Below, one piece after another: positions 11,573 through 20,790 of a stretch of DNA of 64,000 bases. The notes beneath the pieces are model-generated. The model was not told the origin of the DNA, did not search any database, and saw nothing but the letters and a program-made list of their open reading frames with translations. A program made the translations under genes and the position numbers. The stretch spans positions 1,350 to 65,349 of the forward strand of contig CAJUSQ010000002.1 in assembly GCA_910588885.1 (NCBI GenBank). Reading direction: 5' to 3'. This DNA comes from an uncultured Lachnospiraceae bacterium (GTDB lineage: Bacteria > Bacillota > Clostridia > Lachnospirales > Lachnospiraceae). Position 1 is the first letter of the stretch; every line of letters starts with the position of its first letter.

Positions 11573-12790
11573 TTAGATCTCTGTGGATTCTTCGTCAAGA
11601 GGCACCAAATATCCCGAAAAACAGTAGCCATATTCCTTGCTGACGGTTACAAGCCGGTTTTGGGGACTGGCTACCACTACATCCGAAATCACGGAAGGCG
11701 AGGTTTTCCGGTCCAGGCCGCAAATCCAATATTTAAAACTCTCTCCCAGAATCATGGTAAGGCACTGCCTGTTCCAATATTCCCGGTTGCCGCAGCCCGG
11801 CAGCGTCATAGCCCGAACCTGTCTCCACAGGTCAAAAAAACGGTTTCGTACTTCCGGCAAAAACCTTCCCATATTAATATTCCCTATCGCAAGGGTGCCG
11901 AAGCAGCCTGCGTCGCATTCTTTCCTCTTATGCTTTCGGAAGTCGGCATGATCCTCCTCATAAAGACATTGATAAAAACAATTCTTAATTTCCGGATTGC
12001 CGAAATACGGATTGCAGCTTTTCTCCCCGGTAAATATTTTTCCGGTCATAATACTGTCCGTCTTACGGTTATCCGTATACAAAGGCCCCTGAAACATCGC
12101 AAGAGAAGACGATATGATCCCGCTTGACCGATCATAAAAATTACTTTCATGTCCAAAATGCCCAAAGTAAAAAAGCCAGTCGTTTTCCACTAAATAACCA
12201 GCTTTTACTACAGGAACATAATGTCTTTCCATCTCCTGAACCATCTGTTGTTCTTCCTTATCCAAAGGTTCAAAATGGGGACCCGGCAGCAGCTGATGCT
12301 CCGCCCCATGCCATACTTCGCCGTTTCCATACACCAAATAAATATTCTCTACTTCTGTTTCCTTCAAATAGCGGTACGGACATTCCAGAAACCTGGACAA
12401 CTCCACTGCCGCTATTCCTTCTCCCACGTACCAATGAAGCAGGGAAAGACGGCGTTGCGGAGGCAGATATGGAAGAACAACCGTTTTCACTTTATTTAAC
12501 CGTACCATTTTCAACAGTGATTCAATATAAATCGCCGTATAGGATGCCAATACAAAAATGTGGCAAACTTCCGCCGCCTGTTCATAACGCAGGGGCGTGT
12601 TTGATTCTTTTCCCTCCTTCTTGTTCCGCATCCCACACACATACGTAAAATTCGTACACTGATTCTTCTCCGTATTCCGGATTCCCCCGGACAACACAAT
12701 CCCATCATCTACATTTTCAAATAAATAGCGGAACATCCTAGCTTTCATATGCTTCTCCCAAGGCGTACCAGAATCTGAACTTCCTTGCAT
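11573..12790 (-). CDS. Cys/aromatic-rich hypothetical protein
   Basis: 405-aa ORF with no recognised motif. The true start may be the internal MKARMF. Confidence 0.5.
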   Translation of the reverse strand: MQGSSDSGTPWEKHMKARMFRYLFENVDDGIVLSGGIRNTEKNQCTNFTYVCGMRNKKEGKESNTPLRYEQAAEVCHIFVLASYTAIYIESLLKMVRLNKVKTVVLPYLPPQRRLSLLHWYVGEGIAAVELSRFLECPYRYLKETEVENIYLVYGNGEVWHGAEHQLLPGPHFEPLDKEEQQMVQEMERHYVPVVKAGYLVENDWLFYFGHFGHESNFYDRSSGIISSSLAMFQGPLYTDNRKTDSIMTGKIFTGEKSCNPYFGNPEIKNCFYQCLYEEDHADFRKHKRKECDAGCFGTLAIGNINMGRFLPEVRNRFFDLWRQVRAMTLPGCGNREYWNRQCLTMILGESFKYWICGLDRKTSPSVISDVVVASPQNRLVTVSKEYGYCFSGYLVPLDEESTEI

Positions 12791-12997
12791 TTTCCGGAAA
12801 CACGCAGTATGAATAATAGAGGTTTTCTTCTAAATCTTTATTTATCTTGTTCCTATTTTAATATAATATGATGGTATTTTACATGGTTTTCTTGACATAT
12901 TTTCCGAATCGTATATTATATGAATAGTATATCGTATATTAACAGATGATTTCCCGTGAGATTTTTTCATGTGAAATCCCAATCAGGAGGCATAGAA

Positions 12998-14065
12998 ATG
13001 AAAAAGATTATCCTCACCGGAGGCGGCACCGCAGGGCATGTCACCCCGAATCTTGCACTGGTTCCCAAATTAAAAGAATTGGGATATGAAATTGAATACA
13101 TAGGCTCTTATGAGGGCATCGAAAAAAAATTAATAGAAGATTATGGCATTCCTTACCACGGCATTGCTTCCGGAAAGCTTCGCCGTTATTTTGATATCAA
13201 AAATATATCCGATCCGTTTCGGGTACTAAAGGGCTATTGGCAGGCTGTCCGCCTGATGAAGCGTCTGAAACCGGACATTTTGTTCTCAAAAGGCGGATTT
13301 GTATCCGTTCCGGTTATTTTAGCCGCCAAGCACTGCCGTATCCCGGCCATTATCCACGAATCGGACCTGACGCCGGGCCTTGCCAACAAGCTTGCAATTC
13401 CGGCCGCCCAAAAGGTATGCTGTAATTTCCCGGAAACCTTAAAATACCTGCCCCAGGAGAAAGCGGTCCTTACCGGTTCCCCTATCCGTGCAGAGCTGCT
13501 TTCCGGAAACCGGATCCGGGCTTTGGATCTCTGCGGCTTCACCGCCAGTCAAAAGGTCATTCTGGTAGTCGGCGGAAGCACCGGATCGCAATTTATCAAT
13601 ACCATTGTACGGAAAGCACTGCCGGAGTTGACAAAGGAATACCAGATTATCCATCTTTGCGGTAAGGGGAATCTGGAACCGTCCCTAAACGGGCACAAGG
13701 GCTATGCCCAGTTTGAGTATGCCAAAAAAGAACTAAGCGACTTTTTCGCTCTGGCAGACCTGGTAATATCCCGGGCCGGAGCAAATGCCATTTGCGAAAT
13801 CTTAGCCCTGCGCATCCCGAATATCCTGATTCCCCTGTCTGCAAACGCCAGCCGCGGAGATCAGATACTAAATGCCCGTTCCTTTGAAAAGCAAGGGTTC
13901 AGCTATGTCATAGAGGAAGAAGATCTCTCTGTGAAAAATATACTCTCTGCCGTTACCCATATGTTCGAACAACGTCAGGCCTATCAGCAGGCCATGGAAA
14001 GCAGTCAGCAGCTTAATTCCGTAGATACGGTGATCCGACTGATCGAAGAAACAGTCAAGGTATAA
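12998..14065 (+). CDS. murG: undecaprenyldiphospho-muramoylpentapeptide beta-N-acetylglucosaminyltransferase
   Basis: GGGTAGHV N-terminal motif. AGGAGG RBS before ATG 12998 (the ORF-track start at 12956 was rejected). Confidence 0.9.
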   Translation: MKKIILTGGGTAGHVTPNLALVPKLKELGYEIEYIGSYEGIEKKLIEDYGIPYHGIASGKLRRYFDIKNISDPFRVLKGYWQAVRLMKRLKPDILFSKGGFVSVPVILAAKHCRIPAIIHESDLTPGLANKLAIPAAQKVCCNFPETLKYLPQEKAVLTGSPIRAELLSGNRIRALDLCGFTASQKVILVVGGSTGSQFINTIVRKALPELTKEYQIIHLCGKGNLEPSLNGHKGYAQFEYAKKELSDFFALADLVISRAGANAICEILALRIPNILIPLSANASRGDQILNARSFEKQGFSYVIEEEDLSVKNILSAVTHMFEQRQAYQQAMESSQQLNSVDTVIRLIEETVKV

Positions 14066-14078
14066 CTTTCCTTTATAT

Positions 14079-14104
14079 TTGTTATTGCTTTATTGCAATA
14101 ACAA
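14079..14104. terminator. bidirectional AT-rich hairpin between convergent murG and HIT genes
   Basis: ttgttattgc-tttatt-gcaataacaa flanked by T and A runs. Confidence 0.5.
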
Positions 14105-14140
14105 AATATAATATTACTTATTTCACAAAATAATATTTCA

Positions 14141-14560
14141 TCAATCTATCTTCAGCAGCTCTGCCAGCTTATCCGTTTCCCCTTCCTGGTACTGCAAAAC
14201 ATTCCAGGTCAGAAGATCTTTATTATTTCCGTCCTGATACCGCGGAATCAGATGCAGATGGAAGTGGAAAACGGTCTGTCCGGCAATTTCTCCATTATTC
14301 TGAATCAAATTAAATCCGTCACATTCTAATTTTTCCGTCATATGGGCTGCCAGCTTTTTCGCCAGTACCATGGCTTTTCCAGCTAATTCTTCCGGCAGCT
14401 CGTAAATATTTTCGTAATGCTCCTTCGGCAAAATAATCGCATGACCCTTCGCCGCAGGATTGATATCCAGGATCACTTTAAAATCCCCATCCTCGTAAAT
14501 CGTGGAAGAAGGGATTTCTCCCTCCATAATTTTACAGAAAATGCAGTTTTCTTTTCTCAT
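14141..14560 (-). CDS. HIT-family (histidine triad) nucleotide hydrolase
   Basis: HFHLHLIPR histidine triad and a CIFC zinc motif. Start set at MRKENCIFCKI. Confidence 0.85.
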   Translation of the reverse strand: MRKENCIFCKIMEGEIPSSTIYEDGDFKVILDINPAAKGHAIILPKEHYENIYELPEELAGKAMVLAKKLAAHMTEKLECDGFNLIQNNGEIAGQTVFHFHLHLIPRYQDGNNKDLLTWNVLQYQEGETDKLAELLKID

Positions 14561-14683
14561 ATCAAGCACACACCTTTCCTTTTTTGTCGATTTTTGTAAA
14601 ATCATTCTGATTGAATTTTAAACGCAAAAATGATACACTTATCTCGCATTCATCATAAATCTACACATTTAGGGGGAACTGCT

Positions 14684-15370
14684 ATGTTAAATACAGAAGA
14701 TTACATGAAAATTTTCCATGAAATCAAGAATTCCGTTACACTCATCAGCAGTTATCTACAGCTGCTGGAAAAAAAGCACCCGGAAATTTCCGAATTATGC
14801 TACTGGGACACCATAGGAAGTGAAATCACCCGCTTACGCGCCATCGTAACAGATTTATCACAAATCAAATTCGGCAGCAGCCTACACCCGGAGCCCATTG
14901 ACTTGAAAGATTTTCTGGCGGAATGCTGCAATCACTTTCATTCCTTCGACGGAAGAGACGGCATTACCTGCGCGCTTTCCCTTCCGGAACCTCCCTGTAT
15001 TGCAGACATCGACACCAATCAATTCCGCTACGCAATTCTGAATCTTTTAAAAAACGCCAGTGAGGCTATGGGGCATTTCGGGCAAATCCAAATTAAATTA
15101 TCACAAAGTCAAAACAATGCCGCCATCAGTATCGCAGATTCCGGCAATGGAATTTCACCTGATTATCTTCCACATATTTTTGAACCTTTTTTCACTACGA
15201 AGCCGGAGGGCAGCGGTCTTGGGTTAAGCATCACCAGCCAGATCATATCCGCTCACCAGGGAACTGTTTCTGCCGAATGCCCAAAGGAAGGCGGCACAAT
15301 TTTCCGGCTGCTCCTTCCCCTGGCGCCTTCCTGCCCTTCTAAAAATAGCGGGACTAAGATTCAAATATAA
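14684..15370 (+). CDS. minimal cytoplasmic histidine kinase (DHp + HATPase only)
   Basis: H-box FHEIKNS at residue ~12, N-box NLLKNASEA, G2 EGSGLGLSI. RBS AGGGGGA before ATG 14684. No TM or sensor domain. Confidence 0.75.
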   Translation: MLNTEDYMKIFHEIKNSVTLISSYLQLLEKKHPEISELCYWDTIGSEITRLRAIVTDLSQIKFGSSLHPEPIDLKDFLAECCNHFHSFDGRDGITCALSLPEPPCIADIDTNQFRYAILNLLKNASEAMGHFGQIQIKLSQSQNNAAISIADSGNGISPDYLPHIFEPFFTTKPEGSGLGLSITSQIISAHQGTVSAECPKEGGTIFRLLLPLAPSCPSKNSGTKIQI

Positions 15371-16349
15371 AGATCCGGTCCAGCATACGCAAGGTTTTAA
15401 AATTTCCTTTCGCCGTCATCTCTCCCGTCATGAAGGCCCGCTGAAATGTCATGCGCCCCTTCACGATACTGTTCATAACATCTACCGTAAGCTTTGCATA
15501 CACGTCAATCGTTCCATTCTGCCCATAAAAGCAATTTAATTCATCACCATTGACCTGTACCGTCAATGGTTTCTTTTTTCCGTCAATCATAAAAAGATAG
15601 GTAGCCTCAAACTCCTCCTGGGGCACAAAATGCGACTCCAGTTCCGCTATATAAGCCGCTTCATCATCCGCATTGGCTTGTCCTAACATATCCTTAAACA
15701 TAGTGGCAAGCTCTTCTATGTCTTCCTTCTGTTTCTTCACATACATATCGTCCGACACATACTTGGACAGCTGTTCGCTTTCCTGCGGCGTCAGCTCCAG
15801 CTGCTGGGTTCGAAGCACACTTCTGGTAATCGCCTGATTGCTGCTGGGCAGGCTTTTAATCTTCTGGGAAATAGTCCTGTAAAGGTTCTCCGCCTTCTTC
15901 TCAATAAACAGCGTATATTCCCGGTTCATTTCAAAGGATACAAGGTCGTCAACATAACCCCAGATCCCGCTGCAGGGCAGGCCGCCCAAAATCTCCCAGG
16001 CATTGGTGAGCGTCAGCGCTCCTTCCTGTTCTCCATATGTGGTCGACATCACAATCGGCTGCATATAGGTCTGGGCAATTTTTTCCTTGTCCCCATACAG
16101 CCAGCAAGCATCCAGAAACTGCTGCATATAGCCGCCGATGCCCAGCCATTCCACCGTTGTAGCCAATATAATGCCGTCTGCATCCTTAATGGATTGGGGA
16201 AGCGTGGAAATACTGTTTTTATGCTCATATATATTATAGCGTTCTACCTCCACACGCAGTTCCGTTAAAACCTCCTGCATTTTGTTAATCACATACAGGG
16301 TCGGATCATCCAAAAGCCCTCTGCCGCCATAATAAATATTTACCTTCAT
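15354..16349 (-). CDS. flavodoxin-like NAD(P)H-dependent oxidoreductase fused to a C-terminal SCP2-like domain
   Basis: N-terminus MKVNIYYGGRG...ADGIILATTVEW is flavodoxin_2-like. C-terminus FQRAFMTGEMTAKGNFKTLRMLD is SCP2 sterol-carrier-like. Confidence 0.6.
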   Translation of the reverse strand: MKVNIYYGGRGLLDDPTLYVINKMQEVLTELRVEVERYNIYEHKNSISTLPQSIKDADGIILATTVEWLGIGGYMQQFLDACWLYGDKEKIAQTYMQPIVMSTTYGEQEGALTLTNAWEILGGLPCSGIWGYVDDLVSFEMNREYTLFIEKKAENLYRTISQKIKSLPSSNQAITRSVLRTQQLELTPQESEQLSKYVSDDMYVKKQKEDIEELATMFKDMLGQANADDEAAYIAELESHFVPQEEFEATYLFMIDGKKKPLTVQVNGDELNCFYGQNGTIDVYAKLTVDVMNSIVKGRMTFQRAFMTGEMTAKGNFKTLRMLDRIFIFES

Positions 16350-16410
16350 ACATTACCTCCCGCTTATTCTTTCACTTTCTATCAGAAGTCTACCCGATTG
16401 AATCCATTTT

Positions 16411-16439
16411 AGTATATAAATTTTTCTCCCTAAAGTCAA
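16411..16439 (-). promoter_or_regulatory. sigma-A-type promoter for the flavodoxin-like gene
   Basis: Minus strand TTGACT-17 nt-TATACT, about 60 nt upstream of ATG 16349. Confidence 0.5.
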
Positions 16440-16491
16440 TCTTTGTAAGGGATTCTCCCTCTAATTTTTTCATGGAAAGATACGGTTTTCA

Positions 16492-17601
16492 TTATTGAAA
16501 GCGATAATCCTGCCTTCCGAAAACAACCTGGTCCCCGGGCTTCAGACAGGCCCTTTGCCGATATTCCAGACGTTCTCCATTTAAATATGTCCCATTTGTA
16601 GAATTCATATCCGTAATATAGTACTCTCCCTGCTCCAATTCTATTCTTGCATGTACACGGCTGATGCAGGCACTGTCTATTCGTCCGTCCACCTCCTTTT
16701 CGTTCTTTCCAATCAAAAACAACGGTTTTTCAATTCGTAAATCCCTTTGGTTTCCTGTTCCCTGATACACAAGCACCCCCTGTGCCTTATGCTCCACATG
16801 CAGCAATTCCGTAGGATGTATTGGTTCTTCCGGCTCGGACTGCACATCCTCCGGACGAACCAGAAAGTCTTCCCTTTCTTTTCGGCCAAATCCCGGCCGC
16901 CGTTTCAAAATACCCGCCGTTTTTGCCAGCATTCCGGAAATCTGTTTTCGCGGGGCTTCCCTTTCCTGCATATGCAATTCCTGCTGCCAGAAATCCGTCC
17001 GTTCCCCTTCCTTCGGAACAATCGTTTCTGCCGCCCACCCTGCCTGATTTTCATCCGGTTTTACGGCTTCTTCATATCTTAACATTTCTCCCAAAGACCG
17101 TTCCCCCTGCAGGGAATGCTGATACACCTCATAGGCAGCCGCTACGGCCTGTTTATCATCATGATCCAGTTTCTGCAGGATCTGTTCCATTATTTTCCGG
17201 AACAATCCTCTGATATCTTCTTTCAATCCCGGAAAATATGCGAATTCTATATTTTTTTGTTCAAAATCCATATAAAGATAATCTAAGTCCAGTAAAATAC
17301 CGTCCTCTTCCAGCAAATAATTATTCGTTGTTCGGCAGGCATCTTCCAGGGCCTGAAAGAACTTAGACAAAAGCTGCAGATCCATCTGACGGCGGCCCAA
17401 ATAATCCGAAAAAGTTTGTTTTCCGGTAATATCATACCAGAACCGCAAAACTCCGTCTGAAACTTCCGTCTCCATGGGCAAAAATCCCGTTATCCGGTTA
17501 TAGGACAGAATCTCCAATTCGTAGGAGGAATTTGTCTCCGTTTCCCCTTCCAAAATCATATAGCTCTGGCTTAACTGCCTTTTATAAGTTGCATTCACCA
17601 T
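16492..17601 (-). CDS. FHA-domain protein, last gene of the Tad locus
   Basis: C-terminal FHA signature: GR...ISRVHARIE...YYITDMNSTNGTYLNGERL. The N-terminal ~170 aa are an unknown domain. Confidence 0.8.
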   Translation of the reverse strand: MVNATYKRQLSQSYMILEGETETNSSYELEILSYNRITGFLPMETEVSDGVLRFWYDITGKQTFSDYLGRRQMDLQLLSKFFQALEDACRTTNNYLLEEDGILLDLDYLYMDFEQKNIEFAYFPGLKEDIRGLFRKIMEQILQKLDHDDKQAVAAAYEVYQHSLQGERSLGEMLRYEEAVKPDENQAGWAAETIVPKEGERTDFWQQELHMQEREAPRKQISGMLAKTAGILKRRPGFGRKEREDFLVRPEDVQSEPEEPIHPTELLHVEHKAQGVLVYQGTGNQRDLRIEKPLFLIGKNEKEVDGRIDSACISRVHARIELEQGEYYITDMNSTNGTYLNGERLEYRQRACLKPGDQVVFGRQDYRFQ

Positions 17602-17613
17602 ACCCTTCCCCTC

Positions 17614-17844
17614 CTAAGGAAGCCATTCCTGTCCCCAAAAAATCATCCGGAACCTGTCGGCTGCCTCACTTATTTCAATCCACTGCATCTCTGCTGTTTT
17701 AACGGTCTGCTGATGCATGGCAATGGTTCTTTGTAACATCCACATCAGTATTATCAACAGCATTGTCATTACAAAAACCGCTTCTACCGTCATACTTCCG
17801 CGATTCATCCGCTCCTTTACTGTTCCTTTGGCCTGTTTCCTCAT
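17614..17844 (-). CDS. TadE-like pseudopilin/assembly protein (small)
   Basis: Internal start MRKQAKG of ORF 17614..18150, with an ATGA overlap onto the upstream peptidase stop. GSMTVEAVFVMTMLLII TadE-type N-terminus. Confidence 0.55.
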   Translation of the reverse strand: MRKQAKGTVKERMNRGSMTVEAVFVMTMLLIILMWMLQRTIAMHQQTVKTAEMQWIEISEAADRFRMIFWGQEWLP

Positions 17845-18287
17845 AGCAATCCCTCCAGCAGGATCGTCCCGTAGCCCAGAAATACAAAGGGCAGAAACGG
17901 AATTTCCTTTTTTCGCTTCTTCACAGCTCCCCTTCCTTTTGCCAGCAGAAACAAGGAAAAAAGCGCGGCATACAACAAGCTGGTAAACAGCAGCTCCAAA
18001 TTCCGGGCTCCGCCAAGGTAAATACCGGTCACACAGAATACCAAACCGTCTCCCATCCCGATACTTCCTTTGGTAAGCAAGCTTAACAGCAGCATTCCTA
18101 TACCTACAGCCATGCCCAGGCCAACACTGAAAAATGTCATATCCCGGCAATACAGCTGCACCACAGCTCCCACCAACCCAAAGACCAACAGGCAGGGAAG
18201 CGCAATCCTTCTGCGTTTTAAATCCTCCGCAGCATGAACCCCCAACATTGTTAATATAATAACATTTTCCATGATCCTCCTTTGCAC
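17841..18287 (-). CDS. A24-family prepilin peptidase (CpaA/TadV-like), copy 2
   Basis: 148 aa, polytopic. Two Asp motifs (AAEDLKRRRI and GMGDGL). Confidence 0.75.
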   Translation of the reverse strand: MQRRIMENVIILTMLGVHAAEDLKRRRIALPCLLVFGLVGAVVQLYCRDMTFFSVGLGMAVGIGMLLLSLLTKGSIGMGDGLVFCVTGIYLGGARNLELLFTSLLYAALFSLFLLAKGRGAVKKRKKEIPFLPFVFLGYGTILLEGLL

Positions 18288-19162
18288 CGGCTGCAGGCCC
18301 TCAATCCATCCACATCAGACAACCTTACCATATAAAGAGTCCTTTTTAATCCGCTGCAGCCTAATTTGGTGTGATATTTTTCTCCCTCATCCGTTACATA
18401 ATAATATGGATACATTCCGGAGGAATCCCCGCAGATACCGCAGGGCTTATATCCGGACTGCCCTGCTTCATACTTTCCGATCCGGCGAATAGACAGGCGC
18501 AGATGCGTACACTCTCTGGACAGATGATACACGCTTTCGTTTGGCGTTACATACACCCAAATTCCATCCTCTCCTTCCGGGAAACCGTTCTCATACCCAA
18601 TCCATTTCTTCATTCTTACCCTCTGGGTAATCGGGATATTCCGAAGCCCGGGCAGACGTACCGGCATCCGGCACTCGTAGTGAATCCAAAGGTCTACGTA
18701 TTCCCCGGCCAACTCCGTCCCTGTCCAGCGAATTCCTGCCGCTCCCCCTTTCAGATATTCATAGGGAAAGTGTCCCTTTGCCAACGCTCCATAAAAATAC
18801 CCGGCCATTCTGGCAAAGGGCGCTTCTTCCTCTTTTATTTCCAATGAAAGCCTGCTGCCTGCCACTTCCAAGGCTCCGTAGGTCATATGGGAAACCTGCA
18901 GCACCCGGAAGAAAAACAACAAACCGATCAGCAAAAACAGGAACAGCGGAAATACCAAGGCCGCTTCTACAGTCAGGCTGGCAGCACGGAGGGTGCTTTG
19001 CGGCGCCCCTCGTTTATTGGTATCTCTTCGGACTTTATATACTATTTTTTTCTGGTTCCTGTTTACAATCCTTTTTCCCTCCCTTCTTTCTTCTCCTCTT
19101 TCCTTGTGATTGAAGGAGTTCGTTGTTTCATCAAGAGGCACCACAAAACACCCTCCTCTCAC
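18251..19162 (-). CDS. TadE-like N-terminus fused to two Cys-rich YH-x4-C ... C-x2-C zinc-ribbon-like modules
   Basis: LTVEAALVFPLFLFLLIG TadE motif. C-terminus has VYHLSRECTHL...GYKPCGICG and KYHTKLGCSGL...LRACSRCKG. GTGA overlap with the upstream gene; the exact start is uncertain. Confidence 0.6.
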   Translation of the reverse strand: MRGGCFVVPLDETTNSFNHKERGEERREGKRIVNRNQKKIVYKVRRDTNKRGAPQSTLRAASLTVEAALVFPLFLFLLIGLLFFFRVLQVSHMTYGALEVAGSRLSLEIKEEEAPFARMAGYFYGALAKGHFPYEYLKGGAAGIRWTGTELAGEYVDLWIHYECRMPVRLPGLRNIPITQRVRMKKWIGYENGFPEGEDGIWVYVTPNESVYHLSRECTHLRLSIRRIGKYEAGQSGYKPCGICGDSSGMYPYYYVTDEGEKYHTKLGCSGLKRTLYMVRLSDVDGLRACSRCKGGSWKMLLY

Positions 19163-20790
19163 CGTATTTTCCCATAGGCGATTTTCCCAGAGCCGGAAAA
19201 CACAAAATTATCCCATCCCCGCTTACTTAACCAATTCAGGTTCCAAAACAGCGGGCTGCCTTGATAGGAAGCCAGGCATTCCGCTGATTGAAGCATTGTA
19301 TCCATCTGCACCTGCTCATTTCGTTCGATCAGATCCATACATCGGTAATTCAAGGTTTTGGACGGAAGCAGCAACAGCAGAAGCTGCAAATACTGAGTAT
19401 AATCCAACCCGGATTCATCCTCCCCGGCCTTACTGTTATTCTCAATCGCTCCCCGGCTGTCCGTCAAATCACTGGCCCACTGATCGGTTCTTTTCAAAAA
19501 AGGAATTTTTCCGCCAGCCAGCAGACTTCTTACATCCAGAACACTTTCAATAAAGGCCCAGGCCAGCAATATTCCAATCTGTACTGCTTTTATCAAAGGC
19601 AGGATTCCGGTAAACCCGACTACTGCCGTTGCAAGCTCCAAAGCCAATGCCTTTTTCCCTCCGTCCCCCATAATGGTTGCAAAATTCATAGCTTCCCGCA
19701 ACACCAGAAGCTCCAGGGCAGCCTGCTCCAAATTCTCCCCATCCTTGGAGTTCCCTCCGATCAGATATTCCATCTCATAGTCCAGGGCTCTCGTAGGCGG
19801 CCCCAGCTCGCTTTGCCCGGTGTAATTCGAAAAGAATTTTTGTATATAATACTGCAGCCACAACCTATCCGTAACGGCAGCTTCCGATTCCGCCCCTGAG
19901 CGCTCCAAGCCCTGGTTTAACTTCCGCTTTTCCAAAAAATCCTTGGAGTCCAGCCCTTTCCCGGAAAGGCCGGAGGGATCTTCCAAAACCAGGGATAACA
20001 CCGCAGAGGAACGAAGCCCCTTTACATATTCCATCGGATTTTCTGTTCCGGCTTCTTCCTCTTCTATATCCTCTGGTTCTTCTTTTGTTCCGGAATTTTC
20101 AGAGGTGTTTTCCTCTTTTGTGCCTGCACTGCCTTCTGTTCCTTCCTGCTCCCCACGATTGATATCTCCCTGGCCGACCAGGGGGCCGTTTCCGGCCCCT
20201 CCGGTCCCTTCTGCCCCTCTTTCTGCCTCTTCTGCAGCCAGCTGCTCTTCTGCCGTATCCATCGCTTCCAGCGCAGCATCCCATTTTCCGTTCGCGGCAT
20301 CCTTCTTAGCTCCGGCCTCCTTTGCAAGCTCCTGAATCGGTATCAGCTCTTTTAGGGCATCCTTTGCCGCTTCCAGCTTCATCTGCCGGGCCGCTTGTTC
20401 TCGGAATACCGCTCCTTCCCGATCGGTTGCAAGCTCATAGGCAGCCGTTTCAAAGCCTATGGGTTCCAGGTCTACCAAATCCCAAAACCGTCCTCCGGCC
20501 TGTTCTGCTGAAAAAGAAAGGTTTTCCGTCAGTTCTTCCATAGCCCGGGCTGCAAATTTCTCCATGCTGAATTCCTCTCCCTGCCAGCTTCCGTCCAAAA
20601 ACAGCAAATGATAATCTTCCCAGATTCCTTTCTGGTAATTTCCGAACAGGGACTGCATACTGACATTTGTCACTTCCCATGCTTTCGCCTGCATACAGGA
20701 AACCCTGGCGCTTTCCAACAAGGAAAACAGAAATGAAAGTACTAATATTAATGTCAGAGCCAGAAAGACCGTAATACTTCCTCTTTTCAC
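19159..20790 (-). CDS. TadG-like pilus-associated protein with acidic low-complexity insert
   Basis: 543 aa. N-terminus MKRGSITVFLALTLILVLSF is Tad_N-like. The gene lies immediately downstream of the Flp pilin. Confidence 0.6.
   Translation of the reverse strand: MKRGSITVFLALTLILVLSFLFSLLESARVSCMQAKAWEVTNVSMQSLFGNYQKGIWEDYHLLFLDGSWQGEEFSMEKFAARAMEELTENLSFSAEQAGGRFWDLVDLEPIGFETAAYELATDREGAVFREQAARQMKLEAAKDALKELIPIQELAKEAGAKKDAANGKWDAALEAMDTAEEQLAAEEAERGAEGTGGAGNGPLVGQGDINRGEQEGTEGSAGTKEENTSENSGTKEEPEDIEEEEAGTENPMEYVKGLRSSAVLSLVLEDPSGLSGKGLDSKDFLEKRKLNQGLERSGAESEAAVTDRLWLQYYIQKFFSNYTGQSELGPPTRALDYEMEYLIGGNSKDGENLEQAALELLVLREAMNFATIMGDGGKKALALELATAVVGFTGILPLIKAVQIGILLAWAFIESVLDVRSLLAGGKIPFLKRTDQWASDLTDSRGAIENNSKAGEDESGLDYTQYLQLLLLLLPSKTLNYRCMDLIERNEQVQMDTMLQSAECLASYQGSPLFWNLNWLSKRGWDNFVFSGSGKIAYGKIR

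Noticed and set aside
17614-18150. 178-aa ORF overlapping the prepilin peptidase gene in another frame.
   Set aside because: Only the 3' 231 nt, from the internal ATG at 17844, encode a TadE-like sequence. The upstream part overlaps the confident peptidase gene and looks non-protein-like.
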